From Octopus sinensis (taxonomy: Eukaryota), in assembly GCF_006345805.1 (NCBI RefSeq), contig NC_043003.1:54374001-54438000 (forward strand): DNA of 64,000 nucleotides, in the 5' to 3' direction. Positions within the stretch are counted from its first letter, which is position 1. Every line of letters starts with the position of its first letter. The position numbers were made by a program, and so were the translations under genes. Of the stretch, positions 12,971 to 26,113 are shown in pieces. Below the pieces are notes generated by a model. That model saw only the letters and a program-made list of their open reading frames with translations. It had not been told where the DNA came from and searched no databases.

Positions 12971-13150
12971 AGGTGAGCTGGCAGAATCGTTAGCACGCCG
13001 AGCAAAATGCATAGCTGCATTTCGTCCGTTTTTACGTTCTGAGTTCGAATTTCACCGAGGTCGACTTTGCCTTTCATACTTTCGATAAAATAAGAACCAG
13101 TCGGGTCTGGGGACTTACAATCTATCCGATAATGCTGGCCTTGTGCCAAA
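12971..13150 (+). mobile_element. SINE family B (tRNA-derived)
   Basis: GGTGAGCTGGCAGAATCGTTAGCACGCCG...GAGTTCGAATTTC...GTCGACTTTGCCTTTCAT, with A/B-box-like motifs. Confidence 0.85.
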
Positions 13151-13199
13151 CCTTGAAGGGTAACTTTTGATGGAAAGATACCATAGAAAGTTTAATGTT

Positions 13200-15250
13200 G
13201 GAGTTGTGCTATTGTTCAGAGTTCAATCGCATATATGAAACTTCATAATTAGGTATGCTTATTTTATGTGTATAAACATTAGGTCGTGAGGGTTGCTCTT
13301 TATGTCTCATAAAAGAATGTAAATAGAGGCAAAGATTATTCAGTCAGCAGAGGTCTAAATGGGTTATTGAAGTTATTTGAACTCTTATTAGAAGATTTAC
13401 CCTATATGATGTGGGAAGGTGGAAGTTATTGTTCAACGTTTTGTCAAACAAGTAAAACCTTCTTATCAGGAGTGTTTATCTTGTTGTGTCAGCTTTAGGC
13501 CATGTTGTTGTTAGTATAGAAACTTGGTTATTTTGTCTGAGAAGTAAGTCGGTGAAAGGCTTACTTGGTCAACAGATCACAAACTACAGTTGATACATAT
13601 ATGTATGTATGTGTGTGTGTGTGTGTGTGTGTAACCCCATATCAATATCAGGCGTACAAGGCTAAGTTCGGAGTGCAATCAGCAGTATTTTGAGTACCCT
13701 GTCTAGAGTATTCATTTTTGATCCAATTAAGTTGAAGCTGTAGTTTTTAACAACTTTATACCTGTGTCCTTTCTTTAAAACATGTTTGTGTGTTTCTTCT
13801 ATTGTACATTTTCCTATTTTTTTGTTCCTTTTTGTATATGGCTGATTATTTTGTAATTGTCACATTTCAGTGTCTAAATTTAACTTAATGGTTTGGTTTT
13901 TAATTAAATGGACTTCTCTTTGAGCAGTTTTGGCATATTTACCTAATTCCACACTTGATTTCACTTCACTGCTGAACCCATGTAAACAGTTAATCTTACT
14001 GCTGAAAGCACATAGTATATTCTGCTAGACGTTGTTACTTGCAACAATATCTAACGCTAAACTATCCATATAACACAAGTTCTTTATTAGTTTGTTAGGA
14101 GTTTTATAAACATTGGTGATTTGATTAAGGAAATTTGTTAATGGTGCCAAAACCAGACAGAAAAGTAATGGCGAATAGAAGCCTCCCCTGGAAATTTGCT
14201 GTTGTAATAAAAACAAGACTAGTTTTTATAATCTTTTTATCAGGCAGTGTTATTGAACAATTTCAATATGGTCTCAGTGAGATACTACTTTTATTGAAGG
14301 AGCGTCGCTTATGCGCTGTCTCTAATATCTAACACTGTGGACTGCTGTCAAAGGATATTCGAAAATAAATCTATGCTATGCTTCGATTTTTCTTTCACGT
14401 TTTGCTTGCCTTTAATAACTATTCGGTTTACCAATAACTGCTCTTTACATCCATATATTATTTCCGAAGCTCTTCCTGCTCTTCCAGTAACATGTTGTTA
14501 TTTTCCAGATGAACAGCCAACATGCTATGTTTTTGTATATTGTTCGGTAACATGTTATTTCTTTGTAGTTTTCTTTGGCTTTGAGGAAATAATGTTTTCC
14601 CTTTAGCCACCAGGCAGGTGTTGATTCTCGTCTCTGTAGTAATGTATTGATTACTGTTGCTATACTCGCTTTAAATACAATGATTAGATATTCTAACCAG
14701 AATTTTCAATCTTTATCATTCCGGAGAGCCTTCTATTTGCTAGGGATATTAATAGTGTAGGTAAATTCTCTGCAAATTATATTAAGCCAAGCGTATAATA
14801 TTATTGAAGTTTTTTTCACTTTCTCAGTTTTAATGCGTTGCTTGTGTTTCTGGTGTATACTTTGTATATTTTCTTCCTCGATTTCCTTCCCATGTGTTTT
14901 GTATTTCAATCGCCATCGTTCACTCCTACATCAACCTTCTTTGAGCAAATTTATGAACAAAAGACTTCTTTTTGTTAGATCATAGAATATGAATTGCGGT
15001 AGATTCAGCATTAAAGTTTATTGCTTTTTAGGTCTATATATATCCCGATCCGGCATAATTATTAACATTGGCATTCGAGATATGACCATCCCGTCGTTTT
15101 TAAAGTACATTATATCCTGTGACATAAGTTGACCCTTAATCGGTGTGAAACGGTAGCATGGATGCCTGTCCCAAACGAGCAAAACAAATGTATATTTCTT
15201 GAGGATCATTTTTATACTTATTTTTCACTTTAAATCATTACAAAGGCTAT
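13200..15250 (-). mobile_element. Very old CR1/L2-like LINE remnant
   Basis: Scattered minus-strand motifs (IYRP..NFNA near 15000-15050). Segment 14365-14560 is homologous to 24115-24325. Confidence 0.35.
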
Positions 15251-15314
15251 AATAATTGCTAGTAGTTTGCACAATAAAATTTACAACCAAATCGTTGAAG
15301 AGTGCCGTAAAATA

Positions 15315-15712
15315 TTCTTTTCTACTCTACGTACAAGGCTCGAAATTTTTGGAGAGGGGGCCAGTCAATTAGATCGACCCCAGTACGCAACTGGTACTTA
15401 ATTTATCGACCCTGGAAGGCTGAAAGGCAAAGTCAACATCGGCGAATTTGAACTCAGAGCGTAAAGGTAGACGAAATACTTATTTCTTTACTACCCACAA
15501 GGGGCTAAATACAGAGAGGACAAACAAGGATAGACAAACGGATTAAGTCGATTATATCGATCCCAGTGCGTAACTGATACCTTAATTTATCGGCCCCTAA
15601 AGGATGAAAGGCAAAGTCGACCTCGGCGGAATTTGAACTCAGAACGTAACAGCAGAGGAAATACTGCTACGCATTTCCCCCCGGCGTGCTAACGGTTCTG
15701 CCAGCTCGCCGC
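15315..15712 (-). mobile_element. SINE family B, dimeric form
   Basis: Two copies of AAAGGCAAAGTC..C.TCGGCG.AATTTGAACTCAGA joined by a linker. Head CTCGCCGCC at 15705-15713. A probable eroded TSD (AGTGCCGT) lies on both flanks. Confidence 0.85.
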
Positions 15713-16994
15713 CGAAGTGCCGTCAAAAATTACGTTTCCTTTGATGATGTAAGTTAGCAAATAGACCGAATAAATTTATGAACAGTTGTAAGAAACAGTT
15801 ATAGAAAAGTTTATTAAATCCACCAGAAATAAGTAAACGGAACCGACTAATTCATGATGTCCGCTATTTTCTAATGAAATTGTAATTGATGATGTCCCCT
15901 GTTTAACTGTTAAGAGAATGAGTGTTATTCCATCGAGATTTCGCAGTTATTTCTAGCAAAACGTGAAACCCTTACAGATTTCGTAGTTGTGCGCTCTGGT
16001 TGAAGATGGGTACTTGTTTTTAAGGCTGTCGCATTTGGTTCGAGATCCGCTTGCCTTACTCAACGCGACTTTAGTAAGATGAAATGCGTTAACGTTTCAT
16101 ATACACCCGTGAGCGCTTCCTTTTTTTAAATGTATTTTTTTATCTATTTTGATAATGTTTCAGTTGTGTAATACTTTTATTCATGTATTTATTCATTTAT
16201 TTATCCCTATCCCTTACCATTTCGCTAAATATAAATATGACCTTTTGGGTGAATGTGCTAATTTTGTATATTTTCTTCCAACTTGATTTCCTTTTTATTT
16301 TATATTATTATTTACTTGTTTATTTTCTTCATTTGCAAAGCTTGACTGAATAGCGACTTATTCCAATAGGGTCAGACCAAAATCAACACGATCCTGCCCT
16401 AACTACAGTGAATATGAGGTCTATTGATGTCTGGGTTTACTCCTGTGGAAAAAATTTCTCGGGGAGCCTGTTGAATTTGCTATTATTTTCCACGCTTCCA
16501 TAGATATTTGTTTTCTCTATAATTTCGTGGGAGGAGTGTTTTGTTGATACATTGTTATCGCCTTTGGTTTAACCACATTTATTTTTTTATTCTATATTTC
16601 TCTATCGTTTTAAATTTTTCTTTCTTTCAGTCTGTTTTATCTTCATATGATCCAGTAGTTTTAATTTTGCTGCTTGTGATGCAGGGATTGAAGTATAAAT
16701 TTGTTGTGGCTTGGGATTTGCATATTTGTTATTGTAAGGGGTCTCTTCTTCACATTTTTGTATTTTTGTTACTTTTCCTCTATGTTTGTTTGGCTGTTTA
16801 GGCTTCTCCTTTCAGTGCATAGTTTGTTCTGTTGTATTGTTTTTATTGTGTTCAGCGCTCTCATTTACTCTGTATTTAGACGTTTGATGTAAAACTTTCC
16901 CTTCGTGTTGAAAGAGTTCATCCGTTTTGTGTTTCGTGGTACTGCATTAACTGATTGATGAGAGACTATTGTTGCTGTTGTAGTTGATGATATT

Positions 16995-17545
16995 ATTATA
17001 CTTGTAAATAGAAGGCAGCGGGCTAGCAGAATACTTAAGTTCGTCGACCGAAATTTTAAATAAGGCGGTGAGCTGGCATAATTGTTAGGGCGCCGTACAA
17101 AATGCTTAGCGGCATTTTGTCCGTCTTTACGTTCTGAATTCAAATTCTGCCAAGGTCAACTTTGCTTTTCATTCTTTCGAGGTCATTAAATTAAGTACCA
17201 GTTGCGTACTCAAGTCGATCTAATCGATTGTATCCCTATCCCCAAATTTTAAGCCTAGTGCCTATAGTATAAAGGATTATACTTGAAAATAGAAGACATC
17301 TGGCGAGCAGAATCCTTAGTTCGTCAACCGAAATTTTAAATAAGGCGGCGAGCTGACAGAATTGTTAGCATGTCGTGCAAATGCTTAGTGGCATTTTGTC
17401 CGTCTTTACGTTCTGTGTCCAAATTCCACCGAGGTCAACTTTGCCTTTCATCCTTTTCGGGGTCGATAAAATAAGTACCAGTTGAGCACTAGGGCTGATG
17501 TAATCGATTTAAACCCTTCTGGCCTTGTACCCATATTTGAAATCA
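16995..17545 (+). mobile_element. Tandem pair of SINE family B copies, each preceded by the same ~66-bp flank
   Basis: ATTATACTTG.AAATAGAAG...CCGAAATTTTAAATAAGGCGG.GAGCTG occurs at ~16995 and ~17276 (unit ~281 bp). Confidence 0.85.
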
Positions 17546-20076
17546 TTATTATCATTAGTTGTTGTATGTGTTTAACTTCAGTTCTGTCCTGACTGAGCAG
17601 ACCTATAATCGAAGGCATTACATCCACGACCCTCCTATCTGTTTGAGACTCTTCAGCAACAGTAGGATGAGATTTTTCTTGCTTCCCCCAGTAGCTCAAG
17701 TGTCTATACCAAGTCTCCTGTCATTGATTACATTTTTGCGCATAGTCAGTTCCGTTTACTTACTTCTGTTAGATTTAAAACAATTTGCTATAACTGTTTC
17801 TTACAACTGTTTTATTCAATCTATTTGCTGACTTAAAATATTCGTCTGTGTCACCAAATACCATGTCTCTGCTATGCTTCAGGTGACTGTTGATTGCATC
17901 GTATGGATAAATATTATACCTGTAACACTTTTTGATATGTTTCATATACTGATTCATTTTTTATCGATGTCAGTGTTTTCTTTTAGAGGACTCAGCTTTT
18001 GGCGTTCATTGAACATTTGCATATCTATATGTATATGCATTACAATTATTGCTATAATACATTGATAGAAAACAGGGAAAATGTTTTCTCTTCTCGTAAA
18101 AATGTAAATTTGATTCAGTGGTATAAAAAGCTTTAATTTTATTTAAAATTGCAAACGGAAAATATTGTATTTAGTATAAAGAATAAAATTTCGTCGTTTT
18201 AACTCCATTGTAAAATATTTAACAACCATGATATTTATTGTACACATTAAGAAATATTAATTTCGAACATACCCACCAAAAATCGCAGCTTTAATTTATT
18301 ACCGATTTTTTAATGGAGTAGTAGCTTTGATGTAAGGGGTAAACCTTTAAAAATACTTTGTACCAGAGAAAATATCTTTTGTTGCTTTCATATTAGGGCA
18401 AACATTAAGGTAATTTATATTGCAGGTGTTGTGCATTTTTGCTAACTTGTCACTATTTCTCAATATTTATTGAAAAGCAGTGTACATCATTAAAGATCAG
18501 AAAGATGATGATGCTTAACCCCAGGTCGGCTTTGATTAAGCAATACTTTGATCATACAATATACTGTCCATTTAAAAGGCATGGGATATGTAGGATTATA
18601 TTAACTAATGCGTGCTTTATTTTTAAGACAATAGTGTGTCAGTTGAAGAGCATATGGCTGCTATTGTTAAAAGATCAAGAGGGCACATAGAGGTTAGCCA
18701 CCCCAACTGCCGTAATGATTGAGCATATCTATGATCAAAGTTATTACAACCATGGCCATCTCATGCTTTTCCGAGATAGTACGTATCTAGCACTATATAA
18801 ACTGTTGCATGCGGTCCTTCTTTATTGACACTAAGGTATAAATTGACGTTGATTTGGCAATTATTTTTGGCAGATTAAAGGACAATGTAAAATGTCTTTC
18901 ATTGCTTCACAATTTGTGAAATACGTGTGCAGCCTGGAAACGCGTTCTTCTGAAGAACAATTAAACCTGTTATTGCTTAACTGAAGATTAGATCTGATCG
19001 AAACCTACCTTAAAAAATTTGTCATCTATATTTGACACTCACCGACTGATGTACATGGTATCTAGGGCTTCGTTTACCAATGTTGCTTTTTTTTGTTAAG
19101 ACGTGATTGTTTGATTTAAAGGAATTTTGGCTACAGTTGCTAGCAAATTAATCGACTTTACAAAGGACCCTTGCAAAACACTACGAAATATTACGAAATA
19201 TCAGTCGCTGTCTGCCGGATTACCATTTAATGTAGACGATAGGGAATAATTAGACTGACAATAGCGGAGGAGATCATGTTAAAGCTGTCTCGTGGAACGA
19301 TACGTTTTGTTTTATTTAAGAGAATTTAATTGCAAAGTATGTATCTGGTATGTCAATGTATGTGAAATACCAACATTATCACTATGTACACATGTAATAT
19401 CGTTTCTAATGATGCAATGTTTTGTAGGTTCCATTTTCCGGCATGCTTTTAAAAGTTGGCTCACTGGTGATATGTTTTTTATTTATCTTTCTATTTACTT
19501 ATTCATCTATTTTGTTTGTTTATAATTTGTTTCATCGAGTTGAAAGAAATCGTAAAGTACTGATTTGATTTGTGCTCTGTTGGAGAGCTTACAAGTTTTA
19601 GGCAGTCGGTGATTTATAAGCGACGTCCAGTCGACGATTGGTGCTACTGTTAACAATACAAAATTTATGCTATTCAAAGACCAATAAAATTTTAAGATAA
19701 ATTAATGCATTACTTACACAGACACCCATCAACATTTTTGCCAACTGTTTTTCCTTTTATTAGGCTGGGTGGTGTTTTTGTTCTCTATTCACCAACATCA
19801 ATGAATATTTTTCACAGTTATTAGATAACGATCAATACAGTCATTATTATTGATGTCTGAAACGGTAGAAGAACAGATCGGTTGTTTTTCATTATTAGTT
19901 TCGATTCTAAGATTTTTCTGTTCAAATCACGCTGTTGTCAACTTTGCATATAATCCTTCCAAGAAGAAAAAGTTAGCACTAAAGTAAGAAGGCCGAGTCA
20001 ATCTACAAATCTCAGCCGTCACCTTGCAAAAATAAATAAGAAAATAAATAAATAGAGCATTCACCTTTTGCGTATA

Positions 20077-20589
20077 TCTATATATATAAAACTGTAGTTG
20101 TGTGAGTGTCTGTCCCCTTCGATTTAGATTCCTAACTCCTCCCACATTTTGCGGTGCAGTTTAACCAAATTCGGGTATCTTACAGTCGTGATTAATATCG
20201 AGCCCGTCTGGTTATTAGCGCGCGTCTACGATGAGTCTACGATTTTAAAAATAATTTAACATCATTTTTTATTCCATTTTAATGCATAATTTTTCGTGTG
20301 TCGATGGCGGCGGAGTTGGCGTCCACGCTCACAGCTGCACCTGTTTGCTTCTCCCCCTTCTTCCCTCCCTCGTGAAGCTGTGGGGAAGGGAGTTTAAGGA
20401 AATCAACGTCGTAATGCGTTGTCAAGGAGACCAGCGTTCTTTTAGAACAACGACTTCATGGCTTGAAGACACCAAAACAGAAATGGCTAAGAAAGCCCGA
20501 ATTGGCATCTATAAGGGAAGTAACTCTCTAAAAATGCTTATATAGTTATTTCCCTTACAAACCCGAGCAACGCCGGGCGATACTGCTAG
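20077..20589 (+). mobile_element. Complete non-autonomous Helitron
   Basis: Starts TC (TCTATATATATAAAA) after an A at 20076 and ends CTAG at 20586-20589 before a T. The GC-rich hairpin CCCG-AGCAACGC-CGGG at 20562-20577 lies 8 nt before the CTAG. No TSD. Confidence 0.85.
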
Positions 20590-21049
20590 TTGGAAATAAT
20601 TATAGGAACAGAATTTGAAGGAAACTCAAATGATAGGCAATTGGTGGAATCCACAGTTAGAGTCTATTACCGACTGAAACAGAGAGGTTTGGTTATTTGC
20701 GCCTTCGCAGAAACTATTCACGGATTCTTTTGACTGTAACATGCGGCAGATTCATAAAGTCGTTAGACTTTCAGAGAATATGTCCTGCGACATTGCATCT
20801 AGATCTTTAGATTCGGTGTTCAAATTGTACCAACGTCAAATTTGCCTCTTATCTCTTCGTGTTCCTCGAGGTTGATAATATAATTGATCAGTGAAGTACT
20901 GGTGGCCATATAATCCATATTATCGACTCCCTACTACCTCAAATTTCACATACTGTATGCCAGCTAGAAACAGTTATAAGACGATGGATGTGTAGAATTC
21001 CTATGCCACCTTACAGTATATGTTATCTTCTTTTTATTTCTGATTTGTA

Positions 21050-22410
21050 ATAGTTTTCTAGGAGTATAACGCCTCTACTACCTTCCATACGTTGTATATA
21101 TAACCTTTCTATGTCAGAATTTGGGTGGTGCATCCTAAATCCTGTGATTATTTTTCTTGTTTTTCTGTCTGTTTTGATCAGTTCATTTAGGGTGCAGTTA
21201 AGGAGATTGCAGCTGTGACGGCTAGAGTGTTGATACCTATTCTCTTGTTTTTGGCATTGAGCTCAATTTTCATTTTTAATTTAACATGTCTATAGCATTA
21301 TTTTCTTATCTTCTCTTTCCTTTGTGTGTGGTGCATCGTATCTAGTTCATTGATTCCTAAGCATTAGCATGTGTGGCTTTGGTCTAATTCTCTTATTTCA
21401 CTTGCTTTATCTAGTGTGATGTTGCTACTCTCAACTAGTTTTTCTCTTTTCAATGTTGCTTTGCCGCAGTTTTCTAAGCCAAATTTCATGTTTATTTTTT
21501 TGGTAAACCCACGTACTGTCCGTAGTAATGTCTCCAGCTGATTATCATTTGTAGCGTACAGTTTTAGATCATTCATACAATAAGTGGTTAATTGTTTTAC
21601 CGTAACAGTTTTATCCGCATCCAGTTCTGTTTAGCATGTCAGATAAAGGGGTCTACCAAGCAGAAAAGGAGTGGAGAGCATATATCTCCCTGGAATATTC
21701 CTCTTCTAATGGGGATGGCTTTGGTTTTTATGAGTCTTTCTTTTGTCTGAAGCTGTAGCACTGTCTGCTGTTTATTCGTGGAATATATATTTTATAATTA
21801 TTGGTGCTATCTTGTTCATCGCTAGTGTTTCCAGGATCCATGTATAGGGAATACTATCAAAAGCCTTTCGGTAATCAATCCAGGCCTTACTTAGACTCTT
21901 CTTCTTTCTGTAGCCGTCTTCAGTTATGGCTTTATTGATCAGTAGCTGATCTATCTTTACAGCCGTATGCTCTTGCAGCATCCCTTCTGCTCTTCTGGAA
22001 ACAGGTTATTTTCTTCCAGATGCTTGTTCATTCTCTGCGATATTATTGCATTAAAGGCTTTGTAAGTCGTAGGGAGACAAGTTATCGATCTGTAATTTTG
22101 GGGGTTTGCCGTTTCAGGGGATTTAGGAATTAAGATAGTTTTCCTTTTCGCGAGCCATTCAGGCATTGTCTCTGACTCTGCAAGCATTTCATTATATTTC
22201 CCAGCCAGCGTTTTATGCGTTTCTCTCAGGTATTTTAACTAGAAGCTAGAGATTTTATGGTGCCCGGGTGACTTCCAGATGCTAGGTTTTTGCAGTGTTA
22301 GGGTGATTTCTTTAGGTGTTATAGAGATCCAGAGTTGTTCAGTCACTGAGTTCGGTGTTTTGATAGATCATATTCTTTTCAAAATTCTTCCACTTCTGCT
22401 GTTGATGTCT
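21050..22410 (-). mobile_element. Dong/R4-clade non-LTR retrotransposon RT fragment (decayed)
   Basis: PEWL...TILIPK...NPQNYRSITCLPTTYK...FPEEQKG, DQLLI...AWIDYRKAFDSIP, RRGIFQGD, and MNDLKLYA (degenerate YMDD) ...INMKFGLENC. Confidence 0.9.
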
Positions 22411-22424
22411 ATTTCATTTTTGCC

Positions 22425-22672
22425 AAGTTCTTGGTAGAATCTTTTGGGTTTGGAGTTGACCTGTTTGTATCATAAAGGATGATTGGCCCACTTCTGTTGA
22501 CCAGTCTGGGACGAAGGACTGGTAGTTTTTCATTCATTCTGGCAATTTCATGGCAATATATTTCTACAGTTATGGTTTTTACGGGTTTTAAGATGTTATG
22601 GTGGATGCGTCCACCAGTACGCCACCAAACAGTCACCATAATTTTCTCTTTGCAGAACTCGGGTTTAGGGAA
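22425..22672 (-). mobile_element. Mariner (Tc1/mariner) transposase fragment
   Basis: PKPE..KEKIMVTVWW..GGRIHHNILKP.KTIT.E.YC.EI..M.EKL...RP.LVNR.GPIILYD matches the catalytic domain of mariner transposases. Confidence 0.85.
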
Positions 22673-22674
22673 GT

Positions 22675-22975
22675 TAACGTGCAAGTGGCTGAGCATTCCA
22701 CAGACACGTAGTTCTCGGGAAGATTCAGCGTGACACAGAGTGTGACAAGACCGGCCCTTTGAAATACAGGTACACATGTATTTGTGTGTGTTTTTGTGTT
22801 TTGACAACCGATGTTGATGTGTTTATGTCCCCAAAAGCTACCGGTCTAGCAAAAGAGAACAATAGAATAAGCACTAAGCTTACAAAAAATAAACCTTGGG
22901 GTCGATCTCTTCGACGAAAGGTGGTGCCCCAGTATGGTGCAGTGAAATGACTGCAATAAATAAAAGACTAAAAGT
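22675..22975 (+). mobile_element. Composite repeat fragment followed by SINE family A 3' half
   Basis: 22790-22970 matches the family A tail (TTGACAACCGATG...AGAATAAG..CT..GCTTACAAA...GGGGTCGAT). 22675-22770 is a different GC-richer segment. Confidence 0.65.
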
Positions 22976-23547
22976 GTGTATCAATTTTATGACGCTGTCT
23001 TAAGAATTCAGTGTATACATTTTCTGCTATTCATTTCCATGCGCATTCGTGCTTTGAATTTCAAATTAATTATAATGAAGCTGAAATTTATGATTGGGAT
23101 TTCTAGAGTATTTTATACCCATGATATTACCTTCTAACATTTATTCTATTATTTTCTGTTAGAATTTCATTTCTGCGATGCATTGTATCAAATTTAGCTT
23201 TTCTGAAACACTTGTATGCATGATTCTGTTCCAATTGTGTAATATCATAATTGAAATATCAACTGAATGTTTTAAAATCTTAATTAGTCACCTCTTAGAT
23301 TAGATTTGACACACTTTTGTCTAATCTCTTATTCATTTTCATATTGCTGATGAACTGATGTAAAATCTATTGATGTTGCTTTTTTTGTTGTTGTTGTTGT
23401 TGTTGTTGTTGCTACTGCTGTTTCGACGCAAGCGAACTGTGCTTCATCATACAAATGATCAAAGGATATATAGTTCTGACCACTCCCCAGTTTTAGAATT
23501 ATGATAATTCTGAAACAATTATATCCTCGCATATGTCTTTAAGTGAA

Positions 23548-23750
23548 GGCGCATGGCTTAGTGGTTTGGGTGTTGGTAAGATTGCGGTTTCGATTCCTGG
23601 ACCGGGCGATATGTTTGTGTTCTTGAGCAAAACACTTCATTTCACGTTGTTCTTGTCCATTCAGCAGGCATAAATGAGTAATCCTGCGACGGACGGGCAT
23701 CCCGTTCAAGGAGGAAAATATACGTTACTGAAGCCGGGAAACCGACCCTA
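23548..23750 (+). mobile_element. SINE family C (tRNA-derived)
   Basis: GGCGCATGGCTTAGTGG (A box)...GTTTCGATTCC (B box)...TTGAGCAAAACACTT...CCTGCGACGGACGGGCATCCCG. The head is shared with 56075-56149(-). Confidence 0.75.
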
Positions 23751-24512
23751 CACTCTTTGCGGAGCAACGTGGACTAACAATATATCATTAATACGTAATA
23801 CGGTATATTGCTATTTTAGTGAAACTTAGCTATTATTTCCTGCCTGACAGGTGACTGCATAGATGCATACTTCATAAATTCTCAAGCGGAGCGTCTGTAT
23901 CATGCATATAATCTGAAATTATCTATTTATCGGAATTCGCAATTTTTATTGGTTTCATATAACATTTGTTAGTCACCCACTGTAGCAGGATAACGTGGTT
24001 CCCTGAAAAGCTCCACTTCTTATGGGGATTAAGTAAATTTATTCTTCCCTCTCTAGCATACAGTTTTATTGATATTTTCCATTTTGATATACTGCCTTAA
24101 TAAATACTTTTCGGCAATCAGTCTATGCCATGCTAACATTATCCTTTCTCTTTTTACAAACTATAATAAATACACTGTTTACCAATAACTGTTCATTACG
24201 TTCATACATTACTTCTGATATCTCTCTGCTCCTAAAGAAAGATGTTATTTTCCAGATGAACAGCTAGCCTGTTTGGAGATTATAGATGTCAGGGCTTTTA
24301 TATATTGATGATAAACATGTTATTGGCTAATAAATTGATGTTCTAGTTTAGGAGATTTTATATTTTATTCTAATTTCTGTGAGATCAACATTTATCTTTC
24401 ATCTTTTCAGTGATGGTGGTGGGGGCCAATAAAAATCATATCAGTTAAGTATTTCAATCGAAATGCTTCACTGTTCCCTTCCCTGCAAATCGTAGTCTTT
24501 TTCCTTTTATGC

Positions 24513-24543
<31 letters not shown>

Positions 24544-25824
24544 GTCATGTTGTTATTATTGTTGTTGTTGTTCTTGTTATATTTGAGCCTCGTAGTTTAT
24601 TTTTTTCTGTTTTGTTTTTCGAAACACGTTTTATCAAAGCAATACCAAAAGGAAATAATTTTCTTCGCAATAATTTTACAATGAACAATAATGGCCCGAA
24701 GAAAGTCTGTTCTCGATACCCAGGAACAGACAGCAGAAAAGAAAATTTTCTTCACAAACTTTTAAGATGTTATTCATACCCATTACATTTTCACATCCAA
24801 AATGATTACTGCGCATAATTTTCTCACACTGCAAAACATTACAACCACTAGAAAACACAAAAATGTCAGACAGAAATAAATATACTAGAGGAAGAGATAA
24901 ATGAAAACTTTAGTGAATAATTAATAACCGGAAATGTGCAGAAATGTCTCGAGTACTCAAAGAATTTCTTTTAAGCAGAGCAACAGTAATAAAACTACAA
25001 TAGCAGTAGCGACTCTCACACAATTCTAAATGCTGTGGCCCGTTCATATATCAGTGGTGTGAAGTCAAACCTTCCTTCAATACGAAATACACAGAGGGTA
25101 TTTTTAGGTTTTTCACAGTCATAATAAAAGTGTGGATTGAAAGATTTTGTCTAACTGAAGAGTATTTTTCTTGTTACAGGTGCTAATCCAGAAGATAGCA
25201 AAGAGAAAAATTACATAACTCTTCTTAAGAAAGGTAGGAGATGGATTAAAGTTTGCCTCTAGTCTATTAGTTCAACAAGCTCTCCAGAACTTATCGCGAG
25301 AAATTATCTGAAAAAAAAAATGTCAAAAGCTATAATGCGATCTGCTATACCTTTAAACACAACGGGACGAGCCAAAACACAAGCTGAAAGTGTCAGAAAT
25401 CTTCTGGTAAACTATTTGTACCTCAATACATGAGTAAAATATACACATGAGTTACAAGAAGAAGCATGAGACAGGACATATGCCTATGGCTGGTGGAGAC
25501 TTGTGTCGTAATAGGGAAGTTAGATCAAACCAGGCTTAACAAAAAGTTATCTGTGGTCAAAAGTCTTCAAATAAACGTATGAGTCATAATGAGTAACAAA
25601 GCTATACCGGAACTGTGCCCAGTTGAAGGCTTCGAGAGAAAGGATATAAGTTTAATTATAAATGACAGAAAACCTAGCAACATACACATTACAGCTTAAT
25701 ACTGGAATTAAGTAGGAAAATTAAGTTTGTTTCTCCTCTTTCGAGATCAGCGACAGTTGGTCACTGTGAAAAGCATAGAGTATTTTGCGTTTGGAGTGAG
25801 TTCTCATCGCTAGCTTGTGATTGT

Positions 25825-25869
25825 CACACGCTGATGACGGGTTACTACTCAGAAACCCGGGTCAGTGTG
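25825..25869 (+). ncRNA. Minimal type I hammerhead ribozyme motif, core intact
   Basis: CACAC-G-CTGATGA-C-GGGT-tact-ACTC-A-GAAAC-CCGG-GTC-A-GTGTG; perfect palindrome ACCCGGGT in stem III and a GUC triplet. Confidence 0.75.
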
Positions 25870-26017
25870 TATTACGTAAGGCTAGAGATGGGAACGATGA
25901 TTTCCCTTCGCAAATAGTAATGGGACACATAGTCAGCTGGAGGAGATGTCTTCGTGGGGCTATAAATAATATTAGCATCGTCTCCTATGGGTCCGTCACA
26001 TTTAGGTGGCAAATATA

Positions 26018-26113
<96 letters not shown>

